Positions 53,878 to 64,000 of a DNA stretch of 64,000 nucleotides are shown here, piece after piece. Under the pieces are notes generated by a model, which was given only the letters and a program-made list of their open reading frames with translations, was not told where the DNA came from and made no database searches. Location of the stretch: positions 42,594,001 through 42,658,000 of the forward strand of contig OZ024753.1 of NCBI GenBank assembly GCA_964016885.1, written 5' to 3'. The first letter of the stretch is position 1, and every line of letters starts with the position of its first letter. Made by a program: the position numbers and the translations under genes. The stretch comes from Eledone cirrhosa. Its lineage: Eukaryota.

Positions 53878-54230
53878 GATATATACGATATTAACAAATG
53901 GAAACTATATTTATAAAACCATATTTATTTCATATTACATATTTCAAGAATACCAAGTTAAATTATGGTGTGCCTTCATCAGACAAAATACAATATATTG
54001 TGAAAGGGTACGTCAATGTTTATTTGTAAAACTGTTGTATATTGTATTTTGTCTGATGAAGGCACACCATAATTTAACTTGGTATCCTTGAAATATGAAA
54101 TAGATATGGTTTTATAAATATAGTTTCCATTTGTTAATATCGTATATCTACTCCAAATACTTGTCGAGTGCTTTATATCAGTTATAAAATATTTGCTTGT
54201 TGTATCCCAACAATTTAAATAGAACTTTTA
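53878..54230. mobile_element. Penelope-type fragment with inverted arms (53878-53996 / 54039-54148) and a decayed HHR-like motif, in (TA)n
   Basis: Inverted repeat seen directly. The + arm reads GTATTTTGT-CTGATGA-AGG...CCT...GAAA-TAGATAT...ATATCTA-CTC-CAAATAC, then GAGTGC. Confidence 0.55.
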
Positions 54231-54232
54231 CA

Positions 54233-54271
<39 letters not shown>

Positions 54272-54562
54272 TCACACACCAAGCTAGAGAGAGAGAGAGG
54301 GGGGGGGGACCTAATGAGACTGTACAGTTACTGACTTCCGGACACACAGACATAAACAGGTACACGTACACACACGCACACAAACATACAGTCACACACA
54401 CACACACACACATATATACACACACACACGCACAGACACAAACACACACACACACACACACAGACACAGATTCACAAACATAGAGACACACAGAGGCACA
54501 TTCACACACACACACACACACAGACAGACACAGATTCACAAACATAGAGACACACAGAGGCA

Positions 54563-54629
<67 letters not shown>

Positions 54630-54798
54630 ACAGTCAGACACACAGACGTAACTCAATTCCACACAGGATTTTCACAATAAAATTCTTATGGACTTATAAT
54701 GATGTAGGAATATTAATAGAGGATTGATGTAGGATATATTCTGCATATTCTACCAAACTAGTAACATTTGGCCAAGTCAAGCTAATATTATTCTGTTT

Positions 54799-55003
54799 AA
54801 TCGGTAGAGCGTCTGACACCATGCTTTCCAGCATAAAGTTATGGCCCGTTACGTACTGAGTTTAAATTCCACCGAGGTTAGCTTTGCCTTTCATCCTTGC
54901 AGGGTCGATAAAATAACGTACCAGTAATACACTGGGATCGATTTAATCGACTCTCCTCTCCCCTTACAATTGCTGGCCTTGTGCCTAAAGTAGAAACAAT
55001 TAT
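54799..55003 (+). mobile_element. SINE family A, full-body form
   Basis: Head, body and the GATCGATTTAATCGAC segment that the young subfamily lacks. Confidence 0.9.
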
Positions 55004-55189
55004 TCTTTTTATTCTTGTATTAGTTTTAGTTATTTAGCTGCGGCCATGCTGTGGCACCGCCTTGAAGCGATATTTAGAGGTGATCATATCCACGTACCCC
55101 ACCAATATTTAGTTTTCCAAGTTTGATAATTATATCATTGATCTGGTATTGTGGAGCGCTCCAGGCGTGTCTACCAAACGGCTGTAGGA

Positions 55190-56500
55190 CGTCAGCATCA
55201 ACAACAGATGAGGCAGTGTATGGAGGACAGCATCAACAGATGAAACAGTTTATGGACTACATCATCAAGAGATGAGGCAGTTTATGGACTACAGCTTCAA
55301 CAGATGAAACAGTTTATGGACTACAGCATCATCAAGAGATGAGGTAGTTTATGGACTACAGCTTCAACAGATGAAACAGTTTATGGACGACAGCATCAAC
55401 AAGAGATGAGGCAGTTTATGGACTACACCATCAACAAGAGATGAGGCAGTTTATGGACTACACCATCAACAAGAGATGAGGCAGTTTATGGACTACACCA
55501 TCAACAAGAGATGAGGCAGTTTATGGACGACATCATCAAGAGATGAGGCAGTTTATGGACTACAGCATCAACAAGAGATGAGGCAGTTTATGGACTACAT
55601 CATCAACAAGAGATGAGGCAGTTTATGGACTACAGCATCAACAAGAGATGAGGCAGTTTATGGACTACATCATCAACAAGAGATGAGGCAGTTTATGGAC
55701 TACAGCATCAACAAGAGATGAGGCAGTTTATGGACGACAGCATCAACAAGAGATGAGGCAGTTTATGGACTACATCATCAACAAGAGATGAGGCAGTTTA
55801 TGGACTACAGCATCAACAAGAGATGAGGCAGTTTATGGACGACAGCATCAACAAGAGATGAGGCAGTTTATGGACTACATCATCAACAAGAGATGAGGCA
55901 GTTTATGGACTACAGCATCAACAAGAGATGAGGCAGTTTATGGACGACAGCATCAACAAGAGATGAGGCAGTTTATGGACTACATCATCAACAAGAGATG
56001 AGGCAGTTTATGGACGACAGCATCAACAAGAGATGAGGCAGTTTATGGACTACATCATCAACAAGAGATGAGGCAGTTTATGGACGACAGCATCAACAAG
56101 AGATGAGGCAGTTTATGGACGACAGCATCAACAAGAGATGAGGCAGTTTATGGACTACATCATCAACAAGAGATGAGGCAGTTTATGGACGACAGCATCA
56201 ACAAGAGATGAGGCAGTGTATGGACTACAGCATCAACAAGAGATGAGGCAGTTTATGGACGACATCATCAAGAGATGAGGCAGTTTATGGACGACATCAT
56301 CAAGAGATGAGGCAGTGTATGGACGACATCAACAAGAGATGAGGCAGTGTATGGACTACATCATCAACAAGAGATGAGGCAGTTTATGGACTACAGCATC
56401 AACAAGAGATGAGGCAGTTTATGGACTACAGCATCAACAAGAGATGAGGCAGTTTATGGACTACATCATCAACAAGCGATGAGGCAGTTTATGGACGACT
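55190..56500. repeat. 35-bp minisatellite (AGATGAGGCAGTTTATGGACTACAGCATCAACAAG), about 38 copies
   Basis: Seen directly. Confidence 0.97.
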
Positions 56501-56807
56501 TCCATACATCTCTCGTTACGTCTACAATAAAATCCTGTCAACAGGAAATAATATTTCATACAATGTTTCCTCAAAAAGGAAGTAAAGCATGAATAGTGAT
56601 GTCTCTTGTCAGAGGAATTAGGACAGTCCAAACTAGGTAAGAGTAGTGTATATATATCATATATAGTGTATATATATATATACACTATATATGATATATA
56701 TATACACTAAATATGATATATATATACACTAAATATGATATATATATATACACTAAAAAGGGAAAAAAAAAAATTTTTCTTCCTCATAATCGTCTCTTTC
56801 TCCCTGT

Positions 56808-56876
<69 letters not shown>

Positions 56877-56912
56877 ATAGTGTACATTGTTTATATATCA
56901 TATATAGTATAC

Positions 56913-56949
<37 letters not shown>

Positions 56950-57051
56950 AGAAATGTTAGCTATCGCCGTATTTTGACTAAAGAAATTAAAGAAATTATT
57001 TTAGCCTGATAGTGGGGCTAAGAAGCCTGTGTGTGTGTGTGCCATAGTGTA

Positions 57052-57115
<64 letters not shown>

Positions 57116-57826
57116 GTTATAGCGTTTATTGTGTATACATATGAAATGAAATACTATACCCAACTATAAGGCTAATTATTATGAATTTACAGTACACGCA
57201 TAGATACACACACAGACACACACACCACACGCATAGACACACACACACACACACACCACACAGATAGACACATACACACACAGACAGACAGACACATACA
57301 CACACAGACACATACACAGAGACACACACACCCACAAACTGACACAGACACACACACACGCTATACACGCTGCTGTAGACTTAATCTCGTTTGGAAATGT
57401 TTGAAAAGTTTGCTGGTGTTAATATGTCACTCGGGTGAAACATTAATAGATGCCAATTAAACATGGTGAAGAATTGAGGAAATCTGAGATTGGAAGGGGA
57501 AAATGTGATCTGGATCATTAAGACCCACTGGACTATACAATTATTGGGGTTTTCAAAGCTGGCTCTTGTTAATATAATAAGGCTAGGGTGACAAGTTCTA
57601 GATAACAATTTTAAGATCGAGAGGAATTGAGGAAATCTGGGATTCCAAAGGAAGGAATTTGACCAGGGTCTCTGGGAACTACTGGACTATACAATTAGTG
57701 AGGAATTTGACCAGGGTCTTTGGAACTACTGGACTACAATTAGTGAGGAATTTGACCAGAGTCTCTGGGAACTAGTTATAAATGAATGTTAACTTGTATA
57801 GTAATATAACAAGAAATCCGATAATA

Positions 57827-58093
57827 CGTGGCTTAATGGTGTGTTGAACTTACGTGGGTTCGATTCCTGGAATGTGTTGTGTGTTATGTTCTTGAGCAAA
57901 ATACTTCATTTTACGATGCTCCAGTATACTCAGCCGAAAATGGGAGTACCAGCTGTAACTGGAGGGTTAACCCAGCGATATACAAACGTCTAGTCCAGGA
58001 GGAAGTCTTGTACTCTCGGTCACTTCACACCACGAAACCGGGAAAAAGCACCGGCCTGATGTACCTTCTGGCTCGAGACAAACTTTAGACTTT
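57827..58093 (+). mobile_element. tRNA-derived SINE family B (CORE-like centre)
   Basis: TGGCTTAATGG A-box, GGTTCGATTCC B-box, CTTGAGCAAAATACTT...GCTCCAGTATACTCAG centre. Confidence 0.8.
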
Positions 58094-58339
58094 TTTGTTA
58101 TAATAAGCAAAGGTGTGGCAATTTATAAAAATAAATATATCCTATTTATAGATTAATTAATTATGATGTAATCAGAATTAATTAATTTATACAACTCAAT
58201 GTAAACCTTGAGATTCACAGACTGAACTCTGTAAATATTTACTTTAACTGTATTAAACTACAATTTTTTTTATCATATATTTGTAGGGGAGTTTTAACAT
58301 CTGTTAGCCAGAGAAAGGCATGTGGCCGACCAGAACTGT

Positions 58340-59320
58340 TTTGAATGTGTGGAAACATGTGTATGTATATGAACGTGTGTGTAGATGTGTAAGCATATGT
58401 GTGTATATGAACGTGTGTGTGTATGTGTAAGCATGTGTATGTATATGAACGTGTGTGTATGTGTAAGCATATGTATGTATTTGAACGTGTGTATGTGTGC
58501 AAGCATGTGTTTCTATGTGTTTAAACATGTGTGTTTGTATATAGACATGTGTATATGTGGGCAAGCATGTGCGTGTATATGAACCCGCGCAGATGTGTGT
58601 AAACAGATGCATTTATGTATGTAAACATGTGTTTATATATAGACATGTGTATATGTGTAATCATATGTCTGTATACAAACATGTCTGTATACAAACGTGT
58701 GTATATATGAATGTGTGTGTATATGAATGTGTGTATATATGAATGTGTGTGTATACAAACGTGTATATACAAACGTGTGTATATATGAATGTGTGTATAT
58801 GAATGTGTGTGTATACAAACGTGTGTATATACAAACATGTGTATATATGAATGTGTGTATATGAATGTGTGTGTATACAAACGTGTGTATATACAAACGT
58901 GTGTATATATGAATGTGTGTATATATGAATGTGTGTGTATACAAACGTGTGTATATACAAACGTGTGTATATACAAACGTGTGTATATATGAATGTATGT
59001 GTATATGAATGTGTGTATACAAACGTGTGTATATACAAACGTGTGTATATATGAATGTGTGTATATATGAATGTGTGTGTATACAAACGTGTGTATATAC
59101 AAACGTGTGTATATATGAATGTGTGTATATGAATGTGTGTATGCAAACGTGTGTATATACAAACGTGTGTATATATGAATGTGTGTGTATATGAATGTGT
59201 GTATACAAACGTGTGTATATACAAACGTGTATGTATATGAATGTGTGTATACAAACGTGTGTATATACAAACGTGTATGTATATGAATGTGTGTGTATAT
59301 GAATGTGTATGTATGTGTAT
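58340..59320. repeat. Degenerate array of ACAAACGTGTGTATAT / ATGAATGTGTGT units
   Basis: Seen directly. Confidence 0.93.
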
Positions 59321-59596
59321 AAACAAATATGTTCTCCATATTGAGGTGCCAGACACAGTATTAAGACATCAAGCTCTGTTTTCTTTACTCTGTGTATATT
59401 TCTAATGGAGGAAGAAATTACATCTCCTTTCCGGTCATTTCACAACATAAGGGATCCATAAAACAACCCTTTTTTTCGTTTATGAACCCACCAAAATAAG
59501 AACTTGAGTTCCCTTACTCCTTTCTCCCTTTCTAACTATATACTGACTACCCCACCTAATCTTAAAGCCCCTTTGATATTATTATTGTTGTAAGGA

Positions 59597-59815
59597 TGGT
59601 AGAATGGCAGTAATCGGTAGAGCGTCGGACAAAATTCTTTGCAGCATAGAGTTACAGCCCTTTACGTTCTGAGTTCAAATCCCGCCGAGGTTAGCTTTGC
59701 TTTCATCCTTAGTGGGTCGATAAAATAAAGTACCAGTAATGTACTGGGGTCGATTTAATCGACTTTTCCCTCCCCTCCAAAATTGTTGGCCTTGTGCCTA
59801 AACCAGAAACCATTA
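59597..59815 (+). mobile_element. SINE family A, full length
   Basis: A-box TGGCAGTAATCGG, B-box GAGTTCAAATCC, complete body and tail, followed by (TAG)n. Confidence 0.93.
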
Positions 59816-60159
59816 TTGTAGTAGTAGTAGTAGTAGTAGCAGCAGCAGTAGTAGTAGTAGATTCGTGAAGAAATAGCAAGCCTACTGAAATACAAACACA
59901 TAATAATCAGCCAGAGTTTCCTAAATAGTTAAATGTTTGTGTAAAATCAATATTGATCAGAGTAAGGCAATTGCTGTGATTATCAGCGAAGAAATTAATG
60001 TTTGTTGTCACGTATCATTCTTTTTGTTTCTAGCATTCAAATGACTTTTCTTCGCTTCGTTGCTCAAAACAGTTATTTGCAATGGCTGAAATTTAACCAG
60101 CTTGAAAAGTCACTAATGATTTCTTTGACTTTTAACGTTATTACATATGTTATTAAAGT

Positions 60160-60265
60160 AGTGAATTGACAAGAGTAGTTCAAACGTTGGATTAGAAGGC
60201 TTTGTGGTATTAGTTTCAGCTCTTTGTTCCCTGCTTTCTGAGCTCAAATCCCGTCGATGTCAACT
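60160..60265 (+). mobile_element. Diverged SINE A-related head
   Basis: Similar to 11320-11410 and 63098-63190. Confidence 0.55.
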
Positions 60266-60333
60266 GTAATTGAGTCGGAGAATTAGCACAGATGAGATAA
60301 AACCTCGTAGGAAGCCAACTAAACCTACATAGG

Positions 60334-60601
60334 CAAGGGCCTTGTTTCAGGGAGTACCAGGGGACAAGCCCCCTCCCCCCTCACTTTTTCAAACGTCTAT
60401 ATTTTATTTTTTGTTTATTTGATATAATCAATTCTTTTTAAGCTTATTTTTTTTTATATCTGAACTTCATTTGAATATATACAATTTAATTAGCGTAAAA
60501 TTTTACTTAATTTATGCTCCTTTAAGTAATTTATGCTCCTTTAAGAATCAACAAATGTTGGTTTGTCCCCCCTCACATTTTTAAGACAAACGAGGCCCCT
60601 G
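60334..60601. mobile_element. hAT-type MITE nested in the ~120-bp repeat family (60292-60800)
   Basis: TIRs CAAGGGCCTTGTTT / AAACGAGGCCCCTG. Flanks TACATAGG / CACAGAGG look like a decayed 8-bp TSD, and removing the element restores CCTACATAGGTGTGAGCTG. Confidence 0.7.
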
Positions 60602-60976
60602 CACAGAGGTGTGAGCTGTTACAACACGATGGAACTGGAATAGGACTGGTCCCTTACATTAAACCACTATAGCAACTTACGAGATACAACCTCGTATGAG
60701 GGCAACTAAACCTACATAGGTGTGAGGTGTTACAATACGATGGACCGGGATAGGACTGGTCCCTAACATTAAACAACTATAGAAACTTATGAAATACAAG
60801 CAGGATATTTCTAACCATTTCGATATGTTTCTGTTTGCTTCTTTACACATTTTCTTCCCCTTTCTTTTTATTTGTTTTCCGTTGATTAATTTTTATTGAT
60901 TTATTTCTATTGTAAATCATATTTATTATATTAACTGTTTGCTCACAAATCGATCGATGTTGGTTCTAATAATATA

Positions 60977-61179
60977 TATGAGGATCGGCTGAAAGGTTCA
61001 TAAGATGACCAAGATACTCTCATGGAATGATCGAATGAGGTTTATTTTTCAACATAGTCCCTGGAAAGTAACAATGAAGTTATTAATAAGAAGAGTTGAA
61101 ATCAATGCATGCAAGATTTCACAGCTCTAGCATCACTCCTTCCTAGTCAGCCTATGATTTATTTCAGCAGACCCTCGTG
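60977..61179. mobile_element. mariner-type MITE
   Basis: TATGAGGATCGGCTGAAAGGTTCATAAGATGAC ... GTCAGCCTATGATTTATTTCAGCAGACCCTCGTG imperfect TIRs of the TACGAGGG type. Confidence 0.68.
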
Positions 61180-61231
61180 TTATATTATGATAGCAGAAAA
61201 AAATACCTAAAAAAAAAGGAGTCAGTCGTTA

Positions 61232-61514
61232 GATCGGACCGAGGAAACAATGTTTCCAGTGGTCTTCCCATTATTGATGTTATTTGTCGATTGCATTTCC
61301 TGGCAGAAAAAAAAAAAAAAAAAAAAAGAAGCTGATCATCAAATCGGACCAAGGAAATGATGTTTCCATTGGTCTTCCCATTGCTGATACTATCTGTTAG
61401 TTACAATACCTGACAGATGAAAAGATCCCAATGTTAAATCGGACCATGGAAGCAATGTTTCCATTGAGCTTCCCATTGCTTGTACTATCTGCCGGTCGGA
61501 ACTCCTGGTAGAAA
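61232..61514. repeat. Three diverged ~100-110-bp direct repeats
   Basis: ATCGGACC..GGAA...ATGTTTCCA.TG..CTTCCCATT occurs three times. Confidence 0.8.
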
Positions 61515-63097
61515 TAACACATTAATTCTAATCTTATAGTAAAACAACCACATTAAATATTTCAGTGACAGAATAATTAATTCGCTAGAATCCAGTTATG
61601 CTGGTAGAAATACCCCCTCCCATCGTCTCCAGTAATTATTATCATAACAAACGTTGTAAACACGCTTTATTTAGTTATATAGTCAAATATATTCCGCTGC
61701 GACAGTGACATCATATTTCTCAACGAAATATTATTCATGGAAATAATGAAATGTTAGCAGCATACACCGTTGTTGATGCTTATGTCTTTATGTCTATTGG
61801 AATATTCACTAAACCAGTGACTCACTTAAACTTATTTATTTATCCACTGCGCTGTTTCGTCTTTTTTTCGTTTATTTTTCGTTTATTTTTCGTTTATTTT
61901 CCGTTTATTTTTTTGTCCTATTCTTTGATTTGTTTTTCTATTATTTTTTGTATATATTTTTGTGAAAATTTTTCAAAAGATAATAAAGTAGGAAACAACA
62001 ATTCTAACCTGAAATTCGAAATTTTAATACAGGTAGGCATATTGTGCTAGATAAATGACAGCAGCAAATATACCAAACTACCTTTTTTTTCACTACTATT
62101 CCAATTATGAAGCTCGATTTCCCTATATCCTGTCAAGTGAAGTTAGCAGTTCTTTGTCTATTGTTGCTGTTGCGTCTATTTAATTCCTATAAATGGATTA
62201 CTAAACGTGTATCACAATGCCAAGTGGTTTACAAGGGAGGTAGGAATTCTAGTAGTAGACTGAACAAACATGGCAGATACCGAGTGTTTTTGTTTCAATC
62301 AACAACCAGATTCTTCTTCTTTTTTTTTAATTTAAGCTCTATGAGAATTTCACTTTGTTGAAAACCAAAACCGAGCCACTTTTAGAAATAATGAAGCTAG
62401 CTTGTGAAAAAAGAGGAAGTTTCTCGAACTGCTTTTGTCAACGATTAAAAAGAGAAATCAATAAAAAAAAATTTATTGGGGGTAGGGTTGGAAGGACCTT
62501 GTTTTGTTGCCTAATTTTCGTTCTTCTTTATTATCGACTTCACAAAATAAGATCCTTTGCAACTGAGACAACAATCATAGTTTTCATTTCATTTCTCTGA
62601 ACTTCTCTACTTCGCTTGTTTTTACTTCCGACTTTTGCATCAAACACCGTTTCTATATTATCTTTATCTTTTCAGGTTCAGTTTCTATATATATGTATGT
62701 GTATATGTATGTGTATATGTATCTGTATGAGTATTAGTTGTTGTTATTATTTATTTATTCTCTGTTATTTTTCCTATCTAAATGCACTGCTTATTAAAAA
62801 CAAGACACCCGTCGCCTGCTTTACAACATTCTCTGTAGTTCAGACTAAATTACAACTTACTGTGCAACTAAACTAAATTCTACATCAAATAATTTTTTCC
62901 ATGAAATATCCAAAGAATTGTGCTTTTTTTCTTTCTTTTTTTGTCTTCTATCGCTCTGAGTAATTTAAATCAACAGATGGGAATTCATTGGTGAGGGAGG
63001 GCAATAAAAACCATTTCATCACTATAGGGAGAAAGGAACTCTACTATAACCGAAAAAACAAAGCTATTTCTCTTCTTGTTTTATTTCTTGCTACGAA

Positions 63098-63483
63098 GGC
63101 GGTGAATTGAGGGTCGTTGAGGCGTCGGATTAAATACTTTGGTATTCTCACTCAATGCGCTGCGAGTTCAAATTCCACCAAGGTCACCTTTCTTTTTCAT
63201 ATTTTCGTAGTCGTCAAATAAAGAACCAGTCCAGTACTGGGTTCGATTCTTGCTCTATCTCTCTTTATCATGTCCTCTTGTACTCTCTTCAGACCAGAAT
63301 AGTGATGAACTCCATCAGGTTTTAAAATTTTACGATCTGAGTTCAAATCCTGCCGAGGTTAGCTTTGCCTTTAATCATTACGAGGTCGATAAAATAAAGT
63401 ACCAGTAATACACTGAGGTTGATTTAACCCCCCCTCCCCCCCAAACAAAATTGTTGGCCTTGTGCCTAAATCAGAAACTAATA
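63098..63483 (+). mobile_element. Two SINE A copies (63098-63250 diverged; 63330-63483 5'-truncated)
   Basis: B-box and family body motifs. Confidence 0.85.
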
Positions 63484-63485
63484 TC

Positions 63486-63900
63486 AGGAAAGACAAGCGT
63501 TACCGTAAGTCAGCATCTATGTTCAGTCTGTTTCTAAAATTGTTTTGCGTTATTGAATAAAGTGAAAAGATTTCGTAGTTGTGGAAATAGCTTTAACATT
63601 TCAAAAAGTTTTGCGCCTGTAGAAGGACATACCATGAATAATGCAATCCAAAATTTTGTCAGTTCTACTTCTTGGGATTTTGGTTTTAATGCAACATCTG
63701 TTTCAGTGTCTATTTGCTACACCATTTCTTCCTGTGAAAGATTGCTTAAGCTTGAGAATCTACAAATAGGTTTTCAAGCTAAAGTTGGCTTTCAATTTCA
63801 ACCGGAAATATTTTATTATTGATTTACTCATATCAGGCAAATGTTAGAAAATGGAATCTTTTAAATACAACAAAAACTTCGTAAAATTTTCTTGTACAGT
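63486..63900 (-). pseudogene. Decayed Buster/Charlie-type hAT transposase, C-terminal dimerisation region
   Basis: Minus-strand pieces IF*HLPDMSKSIIKYF, *LENLF, NLSQEEMV*QIDTETDVALK...LTKFW and FSLYSITQNNFRNRLNIDADLR*RLS follow the HL...YFP / WIRNPF / FW / FS...K.RNRL...DLR..LS order of this family. Confidence 0.78.
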
Positions 63901-64000
63901 ACAAAACTTAGATTTTCAAAACATTCCATATCTTCCTCAAATAACAAAGTCACTCCTCTGGAGTTTACACTAAAATACACGGATAGGGGTGGGATCTACC

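Noticed and set aside
59597-59690. tRNA genes at A/B-box motifs here and in other copies
   Set aside because: No cloverleaf, and each motif continues into a shared SINE body.

Overview
AT-rich eukaryotic non-coding DNA, by inference from an octopus or other cephalopod (microsatellite load and SINE families look octopus-like). I find no intact protein-coding gene: the long ORFs in the track are artefacts of micro- and minisatellites. The window holds about ten tandem arrays (31-158 bp units), more than 20 tRNA-derived SINE copies, small DNA-transposon MITEs, and decayed RTE-LINE and Buster-type hAT transposase fragments. The main unexplained signal is a set of type I hammerhead-ribozyme (HHR) motifs, mostly beside (TA)n tracts. 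Two young multimeric elements carry one HHR per unit: a 591-bp unit at 19057-20802 (U3-A8 core variant, inverted arms) and a 558-bp unit x4 at 49345-51597. Several shorter Penelope-type HHR fragments share a (TA)n-[<-arm][arm->]-(TA)n layout. This suggests retrozyme-like, possibly circular-RNA-templated retroelements that target TA repeats. A near-ideal recursive splice site (CAG|GTAAGT at 16516/16517) hints that the window lies inside a very large + strand intron. All folds and translations were done by eye, and no database search was run.
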